A DNA stretch of 64,000 bases from Squalus acanthias (taxonomy: Eukaryota), in contig CM059432.1 in the NCBI GenBank assembly GCA_030390025.1, positions 16,556,001-16,620,000 on the forward strand, in the 5' to 3' direction. The position numbers and the translations under genes were made by a program. The notes below the pieces were generated by a model. The model was not told where the DNA came from. It ran no database searches and saw only the letters and a program-made list of their open reading frames with translations. Below are positions 14,607-27,649 of this stretch, in pieces (position 1 is the stretch's first letter; each line of letters begins with the position of its first letter).

Positions 14607-14929
14607 TGCCATTTGTAAGAGTGGAAGCAAGCGAGGGCAAACCCACTTAGGTGGAAAACGAAAGAAAGGCATTCGAAGAGATTGGTGTGGTCGACCGTGT
14701 CAAAAACTGCACAGAGAGGTCGAAGAGGGACAATGCATCATGGTCACAGTCATAGAGGATGGCAGGGACGGAAATCTGATTGGAGAGATTCAAACATGGA
14801 GTTGCGGGAAAGATGGACATGGATTTGGGGGGGGGTGGGGCAGTGACAACACTTTCAAGAACTTTGGAGAGCATAGGGAGGGTGCATTAACTTGGTTTGT
14901 ATTCTCTTGTTCTGTATGGTTGCCGGACA

Positions 14930-15265
14930 ATCTAATCAATGTCTTTAAAATGATAGAGGGATTTGATAGCGTAGATACAGAGAAACTATTTTCTCTGGTG
15001 AGAGAATCCAGAACAAGATCTTAAAATTAGAGTTAGGTCATTTAGGAGTGAAATCAGAAAGCACTTTTTCACACAAAGGGTAGTTGAAATCTGGAACTCT
15101 ACCCTACAAGGCTGTAGGAGGATGCTGGGTCAATTGAAATTTTCAAGCCTGATATTGATAGATTTTTGTTAGGTAAGGGGATCAGGAGATATGGAGAAAA
15201 GGCAGTTAATTGGAGTTGAGGTACAGATCAGCCATGATCCAAATGAATGGCAGGTACAGGCTCCA
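14930..15265 (+). mobile_element. CR1 3' fragment
   Basis: LINVFKMIEGFDSVDTEKLFSLVRESRTR plus CR1 tail. Confidence 0.75.
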
Positions 15266-15816
15266 AATGTTTGAGATGGGGCAGTAGTTTGAAAGGACAC
15301 AGGGGGTTCAAGGTGGATTTTGAGGGGTGGGTTGGTGATGATAGCCATTTTGAAAGGATGCAGGACAGTGCCTGAGGATAAGGAACAATTTACAATGTCA
15401 GTTAGCATGGGAGCCAGAAGGGAAGTTGGGTGGTCAGCAATTTAGTAGGAATGGGATCAAGGCAGCAGGAGCTGTCTCATGGACAAGATAAGCGAGGAGA
15501 GGGGAGATCAGAGAGAAACTAGAAAAATACATAAGTTCAGGGCTGGAGTGGGTGCTTGGGAGAAGATTTGGGTTGGTGGGTAAGGAGAAGTGGAGTGGAA
15601 AGCCTCAGAGGCAGCTGAACAGATCGTCTGAATCTTAATGATAAAGAAGTCCATGAGCTTCATGTACTTCTTGTTGGATGTGAGGGTGGAGAATGTAGGG
15701 GAGAGGGGTTTAAAGGAGACTTGTAACAATGTTAAATTTCTAACTTGCAAAATCTGCTCTGTTGAATGTTTGTCCAAAGACAGGAACAACAAATATCAGG
15801 ATACAACAGTATTTCA

Positions 15817-15975
<159 letters not shown>

Positions 15976-18070
15976 TCACAAATAGTACCATCTATGCCTT
16001 AACTTCTGTATCGAACCCTGCTTACCTTTCGCACAAATTTAAAGTGGACTCTCACAAAACAAGTGCTATCCGCTGGACAAACCATGTGTACAAAAAAATA
16101 TTGGCCTGAGTTTCCGTTAGGGGCGCAATTGGGAAAATGCACCCGGAAGGTGCTGGATACTGCGCCTGTTTTGCCAAGGTGAAGTTACACCCAAGTTTCT
16201 GCTCAAACTCATTTGCATAAGCTCGAAAGTACAATCTCCCAAGAATCAGCGCAATCGAGACACGTTATTGAACGTAATCGATTATTGACTGGAACATGGC
16301 CAATGGGGCATCAAGATTACTGAATTAAACTAATTTAAACTGAAAATGTCTTCAAGGAACTGCTGCAGCTGAAGATACAGGCCAATCAATGATTTCAATT
16401 GGCTGCTGGTCACAAGTCTTATATAGCAAGGGCAGATCAAGTGACTGAATTTGAACTCATTTAAACTGAATTTAAAGTCATCATAGCATCGGTATGACAA
16501 ACAGACCTGAGTGAGGCTTCAATTGACTTCTGGTCACTGTAGCTGCAGGTCATTAACGATGGATTAATGTGACCACGTGTGCCTGTGCGTCCGAAATTAC
16601 ATAAGAACATAAGAAATAGGAGCAGGAGTAGGCCATTTGGCCCTTCGAGCCTGCTCTGCCATTCAATAAGATCATGGCTGATCTACCTCATCTCCACTTT
16701 CCTGAACTATCTCCATATCCTTTGATTCCCTTAATATTCAAAAATCTATCGATCTCTGTCTTGAATATACTCAACGACTGAGCCTCCACAGCCCTCTGGG
16801 GTAGAGAATTCCAAAGATTCACCACCCTCTGAGTGAAGAAATTTCTCCTCATCTCAGTCCTAAATGGCCGACCCCTTATTCTGAGACTGTGACCCCTGGT
16901 TCTAGACTCCCCAGCCAGGGGAAACATCCTCCCTGCATCTACCCTGTCAAGCCCTGTAAGAATTTTGTATGTTTCAATGAGATCACCTCTCATTCTTCTA
17001 AACTCCAGAGAATATAGGCCAAGTCTACTCAATCTGTCCTCATAGAACAATCCCCCCATCCCAGGAACCAGTCTGGTGAACCTTCGTTGCACTCCCACTA
17101 TGGCAAGTATATCCTTCCTTAGGTAAGGAGACCAAAACTGTACACAATACTCCAGGTGTGGTCTCACCAAGGCCCTATATAATTGCAGTAAGATGTCTTT
17201 ACTCTTGTACTCGAATCCTCTTGTAATAAAGGCCAACATACCATTTGCTTTCCTAATTGCTTGCTGTACCTGCATGCTAATATTCAGTGATTCGTGTACA
17301 AGGACACCCAGGACCCTCTGAACACCAACATTTCCCAATCTCTCACCATTTAAAAAATACTTTGCTTCACTATTTTTCCTACCAAAGTGGATAACGTCAC
17401 ATTTGTCCAAATTATATTCCATTTGCCATGTTCTTGCCCACTCACATATCCTGTCTATATCCCCTTGAAGAATCCTTGCGTCCTCCTCACAACTTAATAT
17501 TCCCACCCAGCTTTGTATCAGCAGCAAATTTGGATATATTACATTTGGTCCCCTCATCCAAATCATTGATGTAGATTGTGAATAGCTGAGGCCCAAGCAC
17601 TGATCCTTGCGGTACCCCACGAGTTACAGCCTGCCAATCCAAAAATGACCCGTGTATTCTTGCTCTGTTTTCTGTCTGTTAACCAATCCTCAATCCATGC
17701 TAGTATATTACCCCCAATCCCATGAGCCCTAATTTTGTTAATAACCTCTTGTGTGGCACCTTATCGAATGCCTTCTGAAAATCCAAATACACCACATCCA
17801 CTGGTTCCCCCTTATCTATTCTGCTAGTTACAACCTCAAAAAACGAACAGATAGTCAAACACGATTTCCCTTTCATAAATCCGTGTTGACTCTGCCCAAT
17901 CCTATTTATATTTTCTAAGTGCCCTGTTACCACGTCCTTAATAATAGATTCTAGCATTTTCCCTACTACTGATGTCAGGCTAACTGGTCTGTAGTTCCCG
18001 GTTTTCTCTCTCCCTCCTTTCTTAAATAGTGGGGTTACATTTGCTACCTTCCAATCTGTGGGAACCATTC

Positions 18071-18785
18071 ATAGAAACATAGAAGATAGGAGCAGGAGTA
18101 GGCCATTCGGCTCCTCGAGCCTGCTCCGCCATTCAATGCGATCATGGCTGATCATCCAAATTCAGTACCCTGTACCTGCTTTTTCCCCATATCCCTTGAT
18201 CCCCTTAGCCTTAAGAAATATATCTAACTCCTTCTTGAACATATTTAATGAATTGGCCTCAACTGCCTTCTGTGGTAGAGAATTCCACAGGTTCATCACT
18301 CTCTGGGTGAAGAAATTCCTCCTCATCTCAGTCCTAAATGGCTTACCCCTTATCCTTAGACTGTGACCCCTGGTTCTGGACTCCCCCGCCATCGGGAACA
18401 GCCTTCCTGCATCTAGTCTGTCTGGTCCTGTTAGAATTTTATAAGTTTCAATGAGATCCCCTCTCATTCTTCTAAACTCTAGCGAATATAAGCCTAATCG
18501 ACCCAATCTCTCTTCATACGTCATTCCTGCCATCCCAGGTATCAGTCTGGTGAATCTTCGCTGCACTCCCTCCATGGCAAGAACAACCTTCCTCAGATAA
18601 GGCGACCAAAACTGCACACAATACTCAAGGTGTGGTCTCACCAAGGCCCTGTTCAACTGCAACAAGACATCCTTGCTCCTGTACTCGAATCCTCTCGCTA
18701 TGAAGGCCAACATACCATTTGCCTTCTTAACCGCCTGCTGCACCTGCATGCTGACCTTCAGCGACTGGTGCACAAGGACACCCTT
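18071..18785 (-). mobile_element. Young CR1 3' fragment nested in the older CR1
   Basis: Open 203-aa frame ending GYGEKAGTGY with a (ctatgttt) tail; interrupts ggaaccattc|tagaatctatgg (uninterrupted near 60714). Confidence 0.9.
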
Positions 18786-18923
18786 GTCCAGAATCTATGG
18801 CATTTTTGAAAATGACAACCAATGCATCCACTATCTCTATAGCCAACTCTTTCAAAACCCTAGGATGTCGGCCATCAGGTCCAGGAGATTTATCGGCTAT
18901 CAGTCCCATTAATTACTCCAGTA

Positions 18924-19234
18924 CAGGTTGAGCGTCCCGAATCCGGCAACCTCGGGACCGAGGCCGAGCCGGTTTTCGGGTTTTTCCCGGACTTCGGAAC
19001 GTGTTTCTGATGTCCGAAGTCCGGAAACGCCCAAGCCCAGATTGCGATATTTCCGGACTTCAGACATCAGATACACGTGCCGAGTCCGGAAATGCCTGGG
19101 CCCAGGTTGCGCTATTTCCAGTTTTGGGTAAGCCTCCCTCAGGGTGTCCGGATTCCAGAACATTTTACGGATTCCGGATCCCTGCCACCAATCGTCCCGG
19201 AGTCCGGAACTCCGGATTTGGGGCGCTCAACCTG
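18924..19234. mobile_element. Tigger/pogo-type MITE, 311 bp, TA TSD
   Basis: Terminal inverted repeats CAGGTTGAGCGTCCCGAATCCGG / CCGGATTTGGGGCGCTCAACCTG flanked by TA; many internal tccgga motifs. Confidence 0.9.
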
Positions 19235-20830
19235 TACTACTTATTACTAATACTAATATCTTTCAGTTCCTCATTCTCGCTGGACCCTTGGTTGTCCACT
19301 ATTTCCGGGAAGTTTTCTGCATTCTCTTCCATGAAGACAGACACAAAGTATTTGTTTAATTTCTCTGCCATTTCCTTATTCCCCATTATAATTTCTCCTG
19401 ACTCAGCCTGTAAGGGACCCACATTTACTTTCGCTAATCTTTTCCTTTTTACATACCTAAAGAAGCTTTTACAGTCTGTTTTTATGTCTCTCGCTAGTTT
19501 ACTCTCATATTCCATTTTCCCTTTATCAATTTCTTAGTGGTTCTTTGCTGAATTCTAAAATCCTCCCAATCCTCAGGCTTTTTGGCAGCATAATAAGCCA
19601 CTTCCTTTGATCTAATACTATCTTTAACTTCTCGTTAGCTACGGTTGGACCACTTTTCCTGTGGGGTTTTTGTGCCTTAAAGGAATGTATATTTGTTGTA
19701 AATTATGTATTAATTCTTTAAATGCTTGCCATTGCTTCTCTACCATCATACCTTTTAATGTAGTTTCCCAATCTACCTTAGCCAACTCGCCCCTCATACC
19801 TAAGTAGTTTGCTTTGTTTAAATTTAAGACCCTAGTTTCAGATTTAACTAAATCACTTTCAAACTCAATATAAAATTCTATCATATTATGGTCACTCTTC
19901 CCTAAAGGCCCCTTTACTACAAGGTTATTAATTAACTCTTTCTCATTGCACAATACTAGATCTAAAACAGCCTGTTCCTAGTTGGTTCCTCAACATACTG
20001 ATCAAGAAAACTATCTTACATACATTCCATGAATTCGTCCTCCACACTATTGCTGCAAATTTAGTTTGCCCAGTCTAAATGTAGATTAAAGTCCCCCATG
20101 ATTACTGTATACCATGTTACATGCGCCTCTAATTTCCTGATTTATACTCTGCCCTACATTACAACTACTGTTTGGGGGCCGATAAACAACTCCCACCAAT
20201 GTTTTCTGCCCCTTGCTGTTTCTTAGCTCCACCCAAACTGATTCTACTTCTTGATTTTCGGAGCCAAGATCCTTTCTCTCTACTGCCTTTATCCCATCCT
20301 TTATTCTCGGCGTAATGTGATGAACACCCCCGAACAGGTGCAATCGGTGGAAATTTGCCATGCCAACCTGGGGGTGTGGCCAATTTTGTGGGCGGGGACT
20401 GCTTTGGGTGAATTGACTTTTGAACCAGTGTAAAAGATTGTGGAAACTCAAAGTGGTTACGCGCATAACTCATTTAAATTTTTAATTCCGCAATCTTTTG
20501 CGTTATTTCAGTTGCACGGATATCTGGGTGGAAAACATGCGGAAATTTAGGCCATTGCAGAACTATTTACTCTGAGGACCAGGAAAATTCTGGCCTTACG
20601 TTTTCCGATCATGTGTCATGATGCTGAAACACAAGTTCCAGTAATAAAGTGACTCAGGTGTTAGGAATAGCTTTATTACAGTGCTATTAATCTGATACAA
20701 ATTAAGGCCCAGCTACTCATATTGACAAGCTTTTTTTTGATATTCTGCCAAATTTTTCATCTTCAGGTTCCCCACCGCTCCATCGTGCAATAATTACTTA
20801 TAAAGACAGCACAACAAGGACTGCGAATTA

Positions 20831-20919
20831 AAGGTCATCGACCTGCAACGTTAACTCTCTTTCTCTCTCCACGGATGCTGCCTGGCCTGCTGAGTTTTTC
20901 CAGCGTTTTCTGTTGTTAT
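20831..20919 (+). mobile_element. Truncated Penelope-like terminal fragment (family 2) with TSD
   Basis: Matches the 53868-53957 tail; tgcgaatta duplicated at 20822-20830 and 20920-20928. Confidence 0.7.
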
Positions 20920-21183
20920 TGCGAATTACTATGCTACTCGCTGTTATATGCTTGTAGAGATGGGGAACGTATTGTATGCAAGATTCGTGTTGAAGTACTT
21001 CAAATAACTGGTAAAGGATTCTGTTGGACCAGCATTAAATCGGATCACTATTAAAGCAGATAGGTTTTCAATTTGTTGTGTCAAAAATCTAACGTTTTTC
21101 AAAACACTTCAAATTTCAGAGGACTCACTGTGAGCACAGACCAGACAATCAAATATCAGAATGTTATTTACAGAGATTGCCTA

Positions 21184-21486
<303 letters not shown>

Positions 21487-21597
21487 TTAAATGCTTTTTT
21501 TGTGCTTGTAAATTCCAGTGGTATTAACACAGGCGTCAATTCCCATTATCAAACTGAACTCGCTTAATTTGCTGAAGATGATAATGCAATACAACAA

Positions 21598-22540
21598 TGG
21601 TAGCATAGTGGTAATGTTACTGGACTAGTAATCCAGAGGCCTAGGCCTAAAAATTCGGTTGCTTTGCGCCTCTTAGGGCGCTAACGGGGCGCAAAGCAAC
21701 TAGTGCCCGGGTGCGGCGGCGCCGCCAACACCTCCCGCGAAATTCAGCGGGAGGTTAGCGGCGGCGGCGCAGCGCCCCGCTCATGATCTTTGGTAGCGCC
21801 CCCCTGACTTACCGCCGGACGCTATGTCCGACGGGGTCAGGGGGACCTACCTGTGGTCGGGGTGGCACTAATTAAAGGGAAGGTGCCGGTAGGCCATTTT
21901 TGTTGCTGGCCACCTGCCAGCACCTGCCCCCTCTGCCGTCCCCGGTCTCCTCTGAAGTCCCGCCCTCGGAGTGCCGGCTGTGCTCCGTGAGTGCCAGGCT
22001 CTTTTACCAGCACTCCAATCCCGGGGGGGGGGGAAGGCCTGCAGTACCGCGGCGCAATGTGCCGCAGCGCCCCAAGAGGGAGACTGGGCGCTTCCAGTAG
22101 CACCCCGCTTCCCTCTTGGGGCGCTACCGATTAATTTCGGCCGCGGGGGCGCTAATTTTAGAAGTTAGCGCCCGAAAGGGGGCGCGACTCAATTTTTCCC
22201 CCCAGACTAATAATCCGGAGACAAGAGTTCAAATCCCACCACAGCAGCTGGGGAATTTAAATCCAGTTAAATAAATCTGGAATAAAAAGCTAGTTTCAGT
22301 AACAGTGACCACGTAACTACCGTATTGGCGTAAAAACCCACCTGGTTCACTAATGTCCTTTAGGGAAGGAAATCTGCCGTCCTTACCCGGTCTGGCCTAT
22401 ATATGACTCCAGACCCACAGCAATGTGGTTGACTCTTAACTGCCCTCTAAAATGGCCTAGCAGGGCAATTAGGGATGGGCAATAAATGCTGGCCTTGCCA
22501 GCGACGCCCACATGCCATGAATGAATAAAAAAAACAAAAA
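21598..22540 (+). mobile_element. Meta-type tRNA SINE interrupted by a GC-rich MITE
   Basis: SINE head 21598-21644, body and tail 22203-22540 ending gcccacatgccatgaatgaataaaaa. Confidence 0.8.
21645..22202. mobile_element. CpG-rich MITE (PIF/Harbinger-like ends)
   Basis: Ends ggcctaaaaatt / aatttttccccc; cleanly interrupts a SINE; related to 5797-6596. Confidence 0.7.
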
Positions 22541-23863
22541 CAATGAGAACTTATTTAGCACAAGCCTCTGTCTCAGGAATATACTTTTGATTGTTGCCTT
22601 TACTGCTGACCTTCTGCTCACAAAGCACTAATCTTACTGCCCATGGGCACCAGATTCCACCTCCTACTTTTGTGATCGGTCAAGCTTATCCCCTTGCATC
22701 TGTGACAACTGTTACGGTCTACTAAGTGTATCAAATGACATTTCCTCACACATCACTCAAGAGTATGAAATAAACCATTAATAATGTCATTTACGATGGA
22801 TTGCATACCAGAAAAATACATGGATGGGTCACATAGGGAATTGATTACAATTCATCCTTTTCTGTATTTTTAAGGAGAAATTCCTCCCATTAGCAGACTA
22901 TTGATATGTAGAATTTATTTAATATACCTCAGTGAGTGCTTTGTATTACCAGCTCTGTATTTTAGTGATCAGAAGAATTCTCAGAAAAGGTACTTTAAAA
23001 AAACTTGACCTTAACATTCTATCATGAATAATGATTAAAACAAACAAGAGCACAATATAATACAATCTGACGGGCAGCCTCTTTCCAATCATTAACATAG
23101 CAAGCTGTATATAAGGTTTAAAAAAAAAGCTACAACACAGTTAGTTATACCCCAGATAACCAACAGCAAAAGATCAGAAGCACTGCCATCCAGCTCTTCG
23201 GTGAAAGACAAATGGCACTAAAGCTTTGATAGCGAACACATCAGTGACTTTACAGCATAATTTAAAATAAGTGACATTGACTGACCTCTGTCAGAAGGGC
23301 AGCTTCTTCGGATTCTTGGTAACTCTCGGGATCTAATTTCCACCTCAATGACCACTGAAGGTGTTTTAGGCTTTACTTTCTGCTACAGCTTGCTCACAAT
23401 ACTTTGTACATTTTTATGCTGTACACTTAATTAAGGCAACTTGTAATCAAGAGGCAGAGATTAACTTTTTTCTGTCATTCATCTGCTATCCAGCAGGTGG
23501 CACTCATTTAGCACGGTTTTCAAAAGGTGATTTATTTTCCTTCATACATAGGGATTGAGATATACGGTATTAGGTTACATTTTGTTTATTATTTTCTTCC
23601 TATTTAGGATCTCCCGTACCTTTTTAAAGGAAGGATAAGCAAACTGAAGTGTAAGCATGCGACTTCCACCCAGGCCTCTAGCAATGCTGCTGAAGATCAA
23701 ATAAAGCGTGCAACATTAAAAATATAGGGTGGCTCACCCAATGATCCCTGCCAGTAGGGAAGCAGTTAACATATATTCAGCGTCTCAAATAGAAAGAAAT
23801 GTCTGAGATTGGGAACATGCCATGTAATAAATGAACAACTGGATGAAACTGCATATTTACTCA

Positions 23864-24010
<147 letters not shown>

Positions 24011-24329
24011 TTAAAATAAAAAGTAATTTTCCTTTTAAAAAGCTGTTCTAAAAGTATTATTCTTTTGACACAGGCCAGGTACAAACATATTGTAAATGCA
24101 TCATATTGTAAACCTTCTGGCAAATTGCTTCTTAGCATTTTTCGTGGGCTTAATTTCACAGTAAGCTTAAAAAATTATAGTCTGAATCTCATCTCGCTAT
24201 GGTTTATGTTGTTATTCAATTTGTGCAAGTGCCTTTATAATCTGGAAGCAGCTGGTCAAATTAAATTACTAAACATGAGTCCGAAGGAAAAGTGAATTTT
24301 AAATTATACAAATCATTGGTTATGCCGCA

Positions 24330-24900
24330 GTTAGAATATTGTGTCCAATTTTGGAAGCCTTACTTTTAGAAGGATGTGATGGCCATGGAGTGGGTGCAGA
24401 AGAAACTCACTAAGATGATGCCAAGGATGAGAAGCTTTATTTATGAGAAACTAGAGAAACTGTGGTCTTTTCATTAGAACAAAGGAGGTTAACAAGAGAG
24501 CTATTAGGAGGTGTTAAAAATCTTTTCAGGTTTTGATAAAAGCAAATTGTGAAAAACCATTTCAGAGTCAGGAAATAGAGGGCATGAATTTAAGCTCACT
24601 ACCAAATGAATGAAGGGAAAGGTTATTTTATATTTTACACAGAGGGTTGTTAGGACATGGAATGTCCAACCAGAAATGGTGGTAGATAATTATTTGAATT
24701 CTTCAATACCTTGCGTATTATCAATTAGCCGCCTTTGTGGCACCTTATCAAATGCCATTTGAAAATATATGTACGCAGCATCCACTGGATTTTCTTCATC
24801 AATACACTCCATTAATTCTTCAAGAACTCCATTAAATTTGTCAGACATATCTTGCTTTCTATAAATGTGCGCTGGCAACCCTGAACTAATCCATGTCATT
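24330..24900. mobile_element. Old CR1 fragments in opposite orientations
   Basis: Plus strand LEYCVQFW-encoding region; minus strand PVDAAYIYFQMAFDKVPQRRL. Confidence 0.7.
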
Positions 24901-24987
24901 CTCACTGAATTTGTGTTAAAAAAAACCAAATAGACTCTGTCATAGTATTTACATGTTCCCGATTACATTTCTCAGTGCATACGATCA

Positions 24988-25140
<153 letters not shown>

Positions 25141-26027
25141 TTATTAACTAAATAAGAGAGAAAGGCCAAAACTATAATAGGAACATAGGAACAGTAGGAG
25201 GCCATTTAGCCCCTCGGGCCTGTTCCGTCATTCAATTAGATTATGGCTGATCTGTATCCCAACCCCAATTACCCACCTTTGCTTTATATCCCCTTGAAAC
25301 CCTTACCTAAAAATCTATCGATCTCTGTCTTGAAAGATTCAATTGATTCAGCATCCACAACCTTTTCAGGGAGAGAGTTCCAGAACTCCATTACCCTTTA
25401 CGTGAAGAAGTGCTTCCCGATTTCACCGCAAGAAAGTGACTAAAAATTAACCAGTTAAAGTCTGTATCAATAAGTGGAGCTCCACAACTGCTGCACTGTG
25501 CCGCACGAGTTCTTCTCTATATCAATTTCTATATTCAGCTGAGCCATCAGAAAAATGTGCGAGAAACCAGACTTTTCCCGAAAGAAAGTGCAGGGAAAAA
25601 CCGGCATTCGAATTACCCTAGGTTGCTACTGTATGCCTAGTCAGAGAGCTCAAAATTTAGCCAAAAACATGAAGAGGACCCCTGCATGAATGGCACACCA
25701 ATTATTCAAATGTGAGAATAATTATTAAATGCATATGCAAACAGCAATGCAAGCCTAAAGCCAGTAAAATTTATTTGAACAATCAGACGGCCATTTAAAC
25801 TTTTCAGCACAAAAGTTGGCTAAACTGGGAGGAATTTATTTGATGGCTAAAAAGAATTCTAAGCTTTTTTTTTGTAAACAATTGTTAGCAGCTGAATTAC
25901 AAAGTCAAAACAAAATTCCTGTGATGTGACACCATCCCTGCCATAGTATCAACACATCTCTACAAATTAGTGCGCTAGGATTGATGGTGTAAAACCTGAT
26001 TTAAGAATCATGAAATGACAACTGTTA

Positions 26028-26570
26028 CATAGATACATAGAACAGTACAGCACAGTACAGGCCCTTCGGCCCTCGATGTTGTGCCGAGCATTGTCCGAGA
26101 CCAAGATCAAGCTATCACACTCCCTATCACTCTGGTGTGCTCCATGTGCTTATCCAATAACCGCTTGAAAGTTCCTAAAGTGTCCGACTCCACTATCACA
26201 GCAGGCAGTCCATTCCACACCCCAACCACTCTCTGAGTAAAGAATCTACCTCAGACATCCCTTCTATATCTCCCCCCATGCACCTTATAGTTATGCCCCC
26301 TTGTAACAGCTGCCTCTACCCGAGGAAATAGTCTCTGAACATCCACTCTATCTATCCCCCTCATCATCTTATAAACCTCTATTAAGTCGCCTCTCATCCT
26401 CCTCCGCTCTAAAGAGAAAAGCCCCAACTCCCTCAATCTTTCCTCATAAGACCTCCCCCCCAAACCAGGCAGCATCCTGGTAAATCTCCTTTGCACTCTT
26501 TCCAATGCTTCCACATCCTTCCTATAGTGAGGTGACCAGAACTGCACACAATATTCCAAATGTTGATGTA
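26028..26570 (-). mobile_element. CR1/HER1 3' fragment
   Basis: MEYCVQFWSPHYRKDVEALERVQRRFTRMLPGL... and tail gagggccgaagggcctgtactgtgctgtac. Confidence 0.9.
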
Positions 26571-26836
26571 ACTGTGCCTAAAATATAGGACAATAATACT
26601 ATTACAGTACTGCCCAGTGGCATGGAGTAGCTGGACACAGGTTCGAATGCCAAACAGAAGGTGCAGTATCTCCCAATGGGGACAGTGGATGAAACTGGAC
26701 CACCTGGGCAATATCTCTCCCCTTCTAGCAGTAAGCCAAAGACAAGCGGGGTGGGCAGCAGTGGAAGTCTGGGGAAAGGCATTTTCAATAGTAAGAAATT
26801 AATTATTTGTTTTCTTTATCAAACTGTATTAATTAT

Positions 26837-27031
26837 GAGAAGTCGCACAACACCAGGTTATAGTCCAACAGTTTTATTTGAAATCACAAGCTTTCGGAGC
26901 GTCACTTCACCTGACGAAGGAGCAGCGCTCCGAAAGCTTGTGATTTCAAATAAAACTGTTGGACTATAACCTGGTGTTGTGCGACTTCTCACTTTTGTCC
27001 ACCCCAGTCCAACACCGGCATCTCCGCATCA
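26837..27031 (+). mobile_element. 195-bp non-coding Penelope-derived fold-back element (family 1)
   Basis: Perfect 65-bp inverted repeat (26837-26901 / 26926-26990); TSD tgtattaattat (26825-26836, 27032-27043); near-identical to the ends of 48219-50973. Confidence 0.9.
26907..26943 (+). ncRNA. Minimal type I hammerhead ribozyme motif
   Basis: tcac-CTGACGA-a-ggagc(agc)gctcc-GAAA-gctt-gtga: stem I tcac/gtga, stem II ggagc/gctcc, palindromic AGCT stem III. Confidence 0.7.
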
Positions 27032-27069
27032 TGTATTAATTATACCATATATGGGGAGATAAAACCCAA

Positions 27070-27645
27070 AGATGTTTTATATAAATACAGAAAGAGCAAG
27101 AGGATAACTAACGAAAGAGTAGGACCCACTAGAGAAAAAAAAGGTAACCTGTGTGTGGAGGCGGAAGATGTGGGCATTCATGCGTCTGTCTTCACAGAAG
27201 AGAGGGACGATGCAGACATTGTAGTTAAGGAGGAGTGTGAAATATTAGATGAGATAAACATAGTGAGAGAGTAAATATTAAGGGGTTTGACATCTTTGAA
27301 AGCAGATAAATCATCAGGCCTGGATGAAATGTATCCCAGGCTGTTAAGAGAAGCAAGGGAGGAAATAGCAGAGACTCTGACTATCAGTTTCCAATCCTCT
27401 CTGGCTACAGGTGTAGTGCCGGAGGACTGCAGGACTGCCAACGTGGTACCGTTGTTTAAAAAAGGAGAAAAGGATAGACCGAGTAATTACAGGCCAAAAA
27501 CATCCGTCGACCATTACCCTTCGCTTCCTACCACTGAACCAATTTTGGATCCAACTTGCCATTTTCTCTTGGATCCCAAGGGCTTTTACTTTTCTGATCA
27601 GTCTGGCATGTGGGACCTTGTCAAAAGCCTTGCTAAAATCCTAGA
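27070..27645. mobile_element. CR1 internal fragment with an inverted downstream piece
   Basis: Plus LKADKSSGLDEMYPRLLREA...NYRP, then minus WIQNWFSGRKRRVMVDGC. Confidence 0.8.
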
Positions 27646-27649
27646 TTAA

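Larger units (their letters stand above)
13265..15720 (-). mobile_element. L2-type LINE fragments, interrupted by a SINE and a CR1 tail
   Basis: AETLIHTVVTSRPYYC, ITPVLADLHWL, LGDNIRRHGVSCHMY, IVNCSLSSGTV. Confidence 0.75.
16599..20304 (-). mobile_element. CR1/HER1-type LINE, 5'-truncated ORF2 (end of endonuclease, RT, tail), frameshifted
   Basis: ORFs 20086..20466, 19639..19953, 19237..19515, 17700..18068 and 16688..17620; (ttcttatg)-type 3' tail. Confidence 0.92.
16103..20553. mobile_element. Non-autonomous DNA transposon with GGC...GCC ends and ATT TSD, split by a CR1 insertion
   Basis: Terminal inverted repeats ggcctgagtttccg / cggaaatttaggcc (12/14 match); ATT at 16100-16102 and 20554-20556. 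Confidence 0.7.

Noticed and set aside
21645..22202. CpG island or promoter
   Set aside because: It has inverted ends, interrupts a SINE and has a relative at 5797; it is a MITE.
26837..26990. CRISPR repeat, terminator or pre-miRNA gene
   Set aside because: Eukaryotic intron with no repeat-spacer array; fully explained by Penelope terminal sequence with a TSD.
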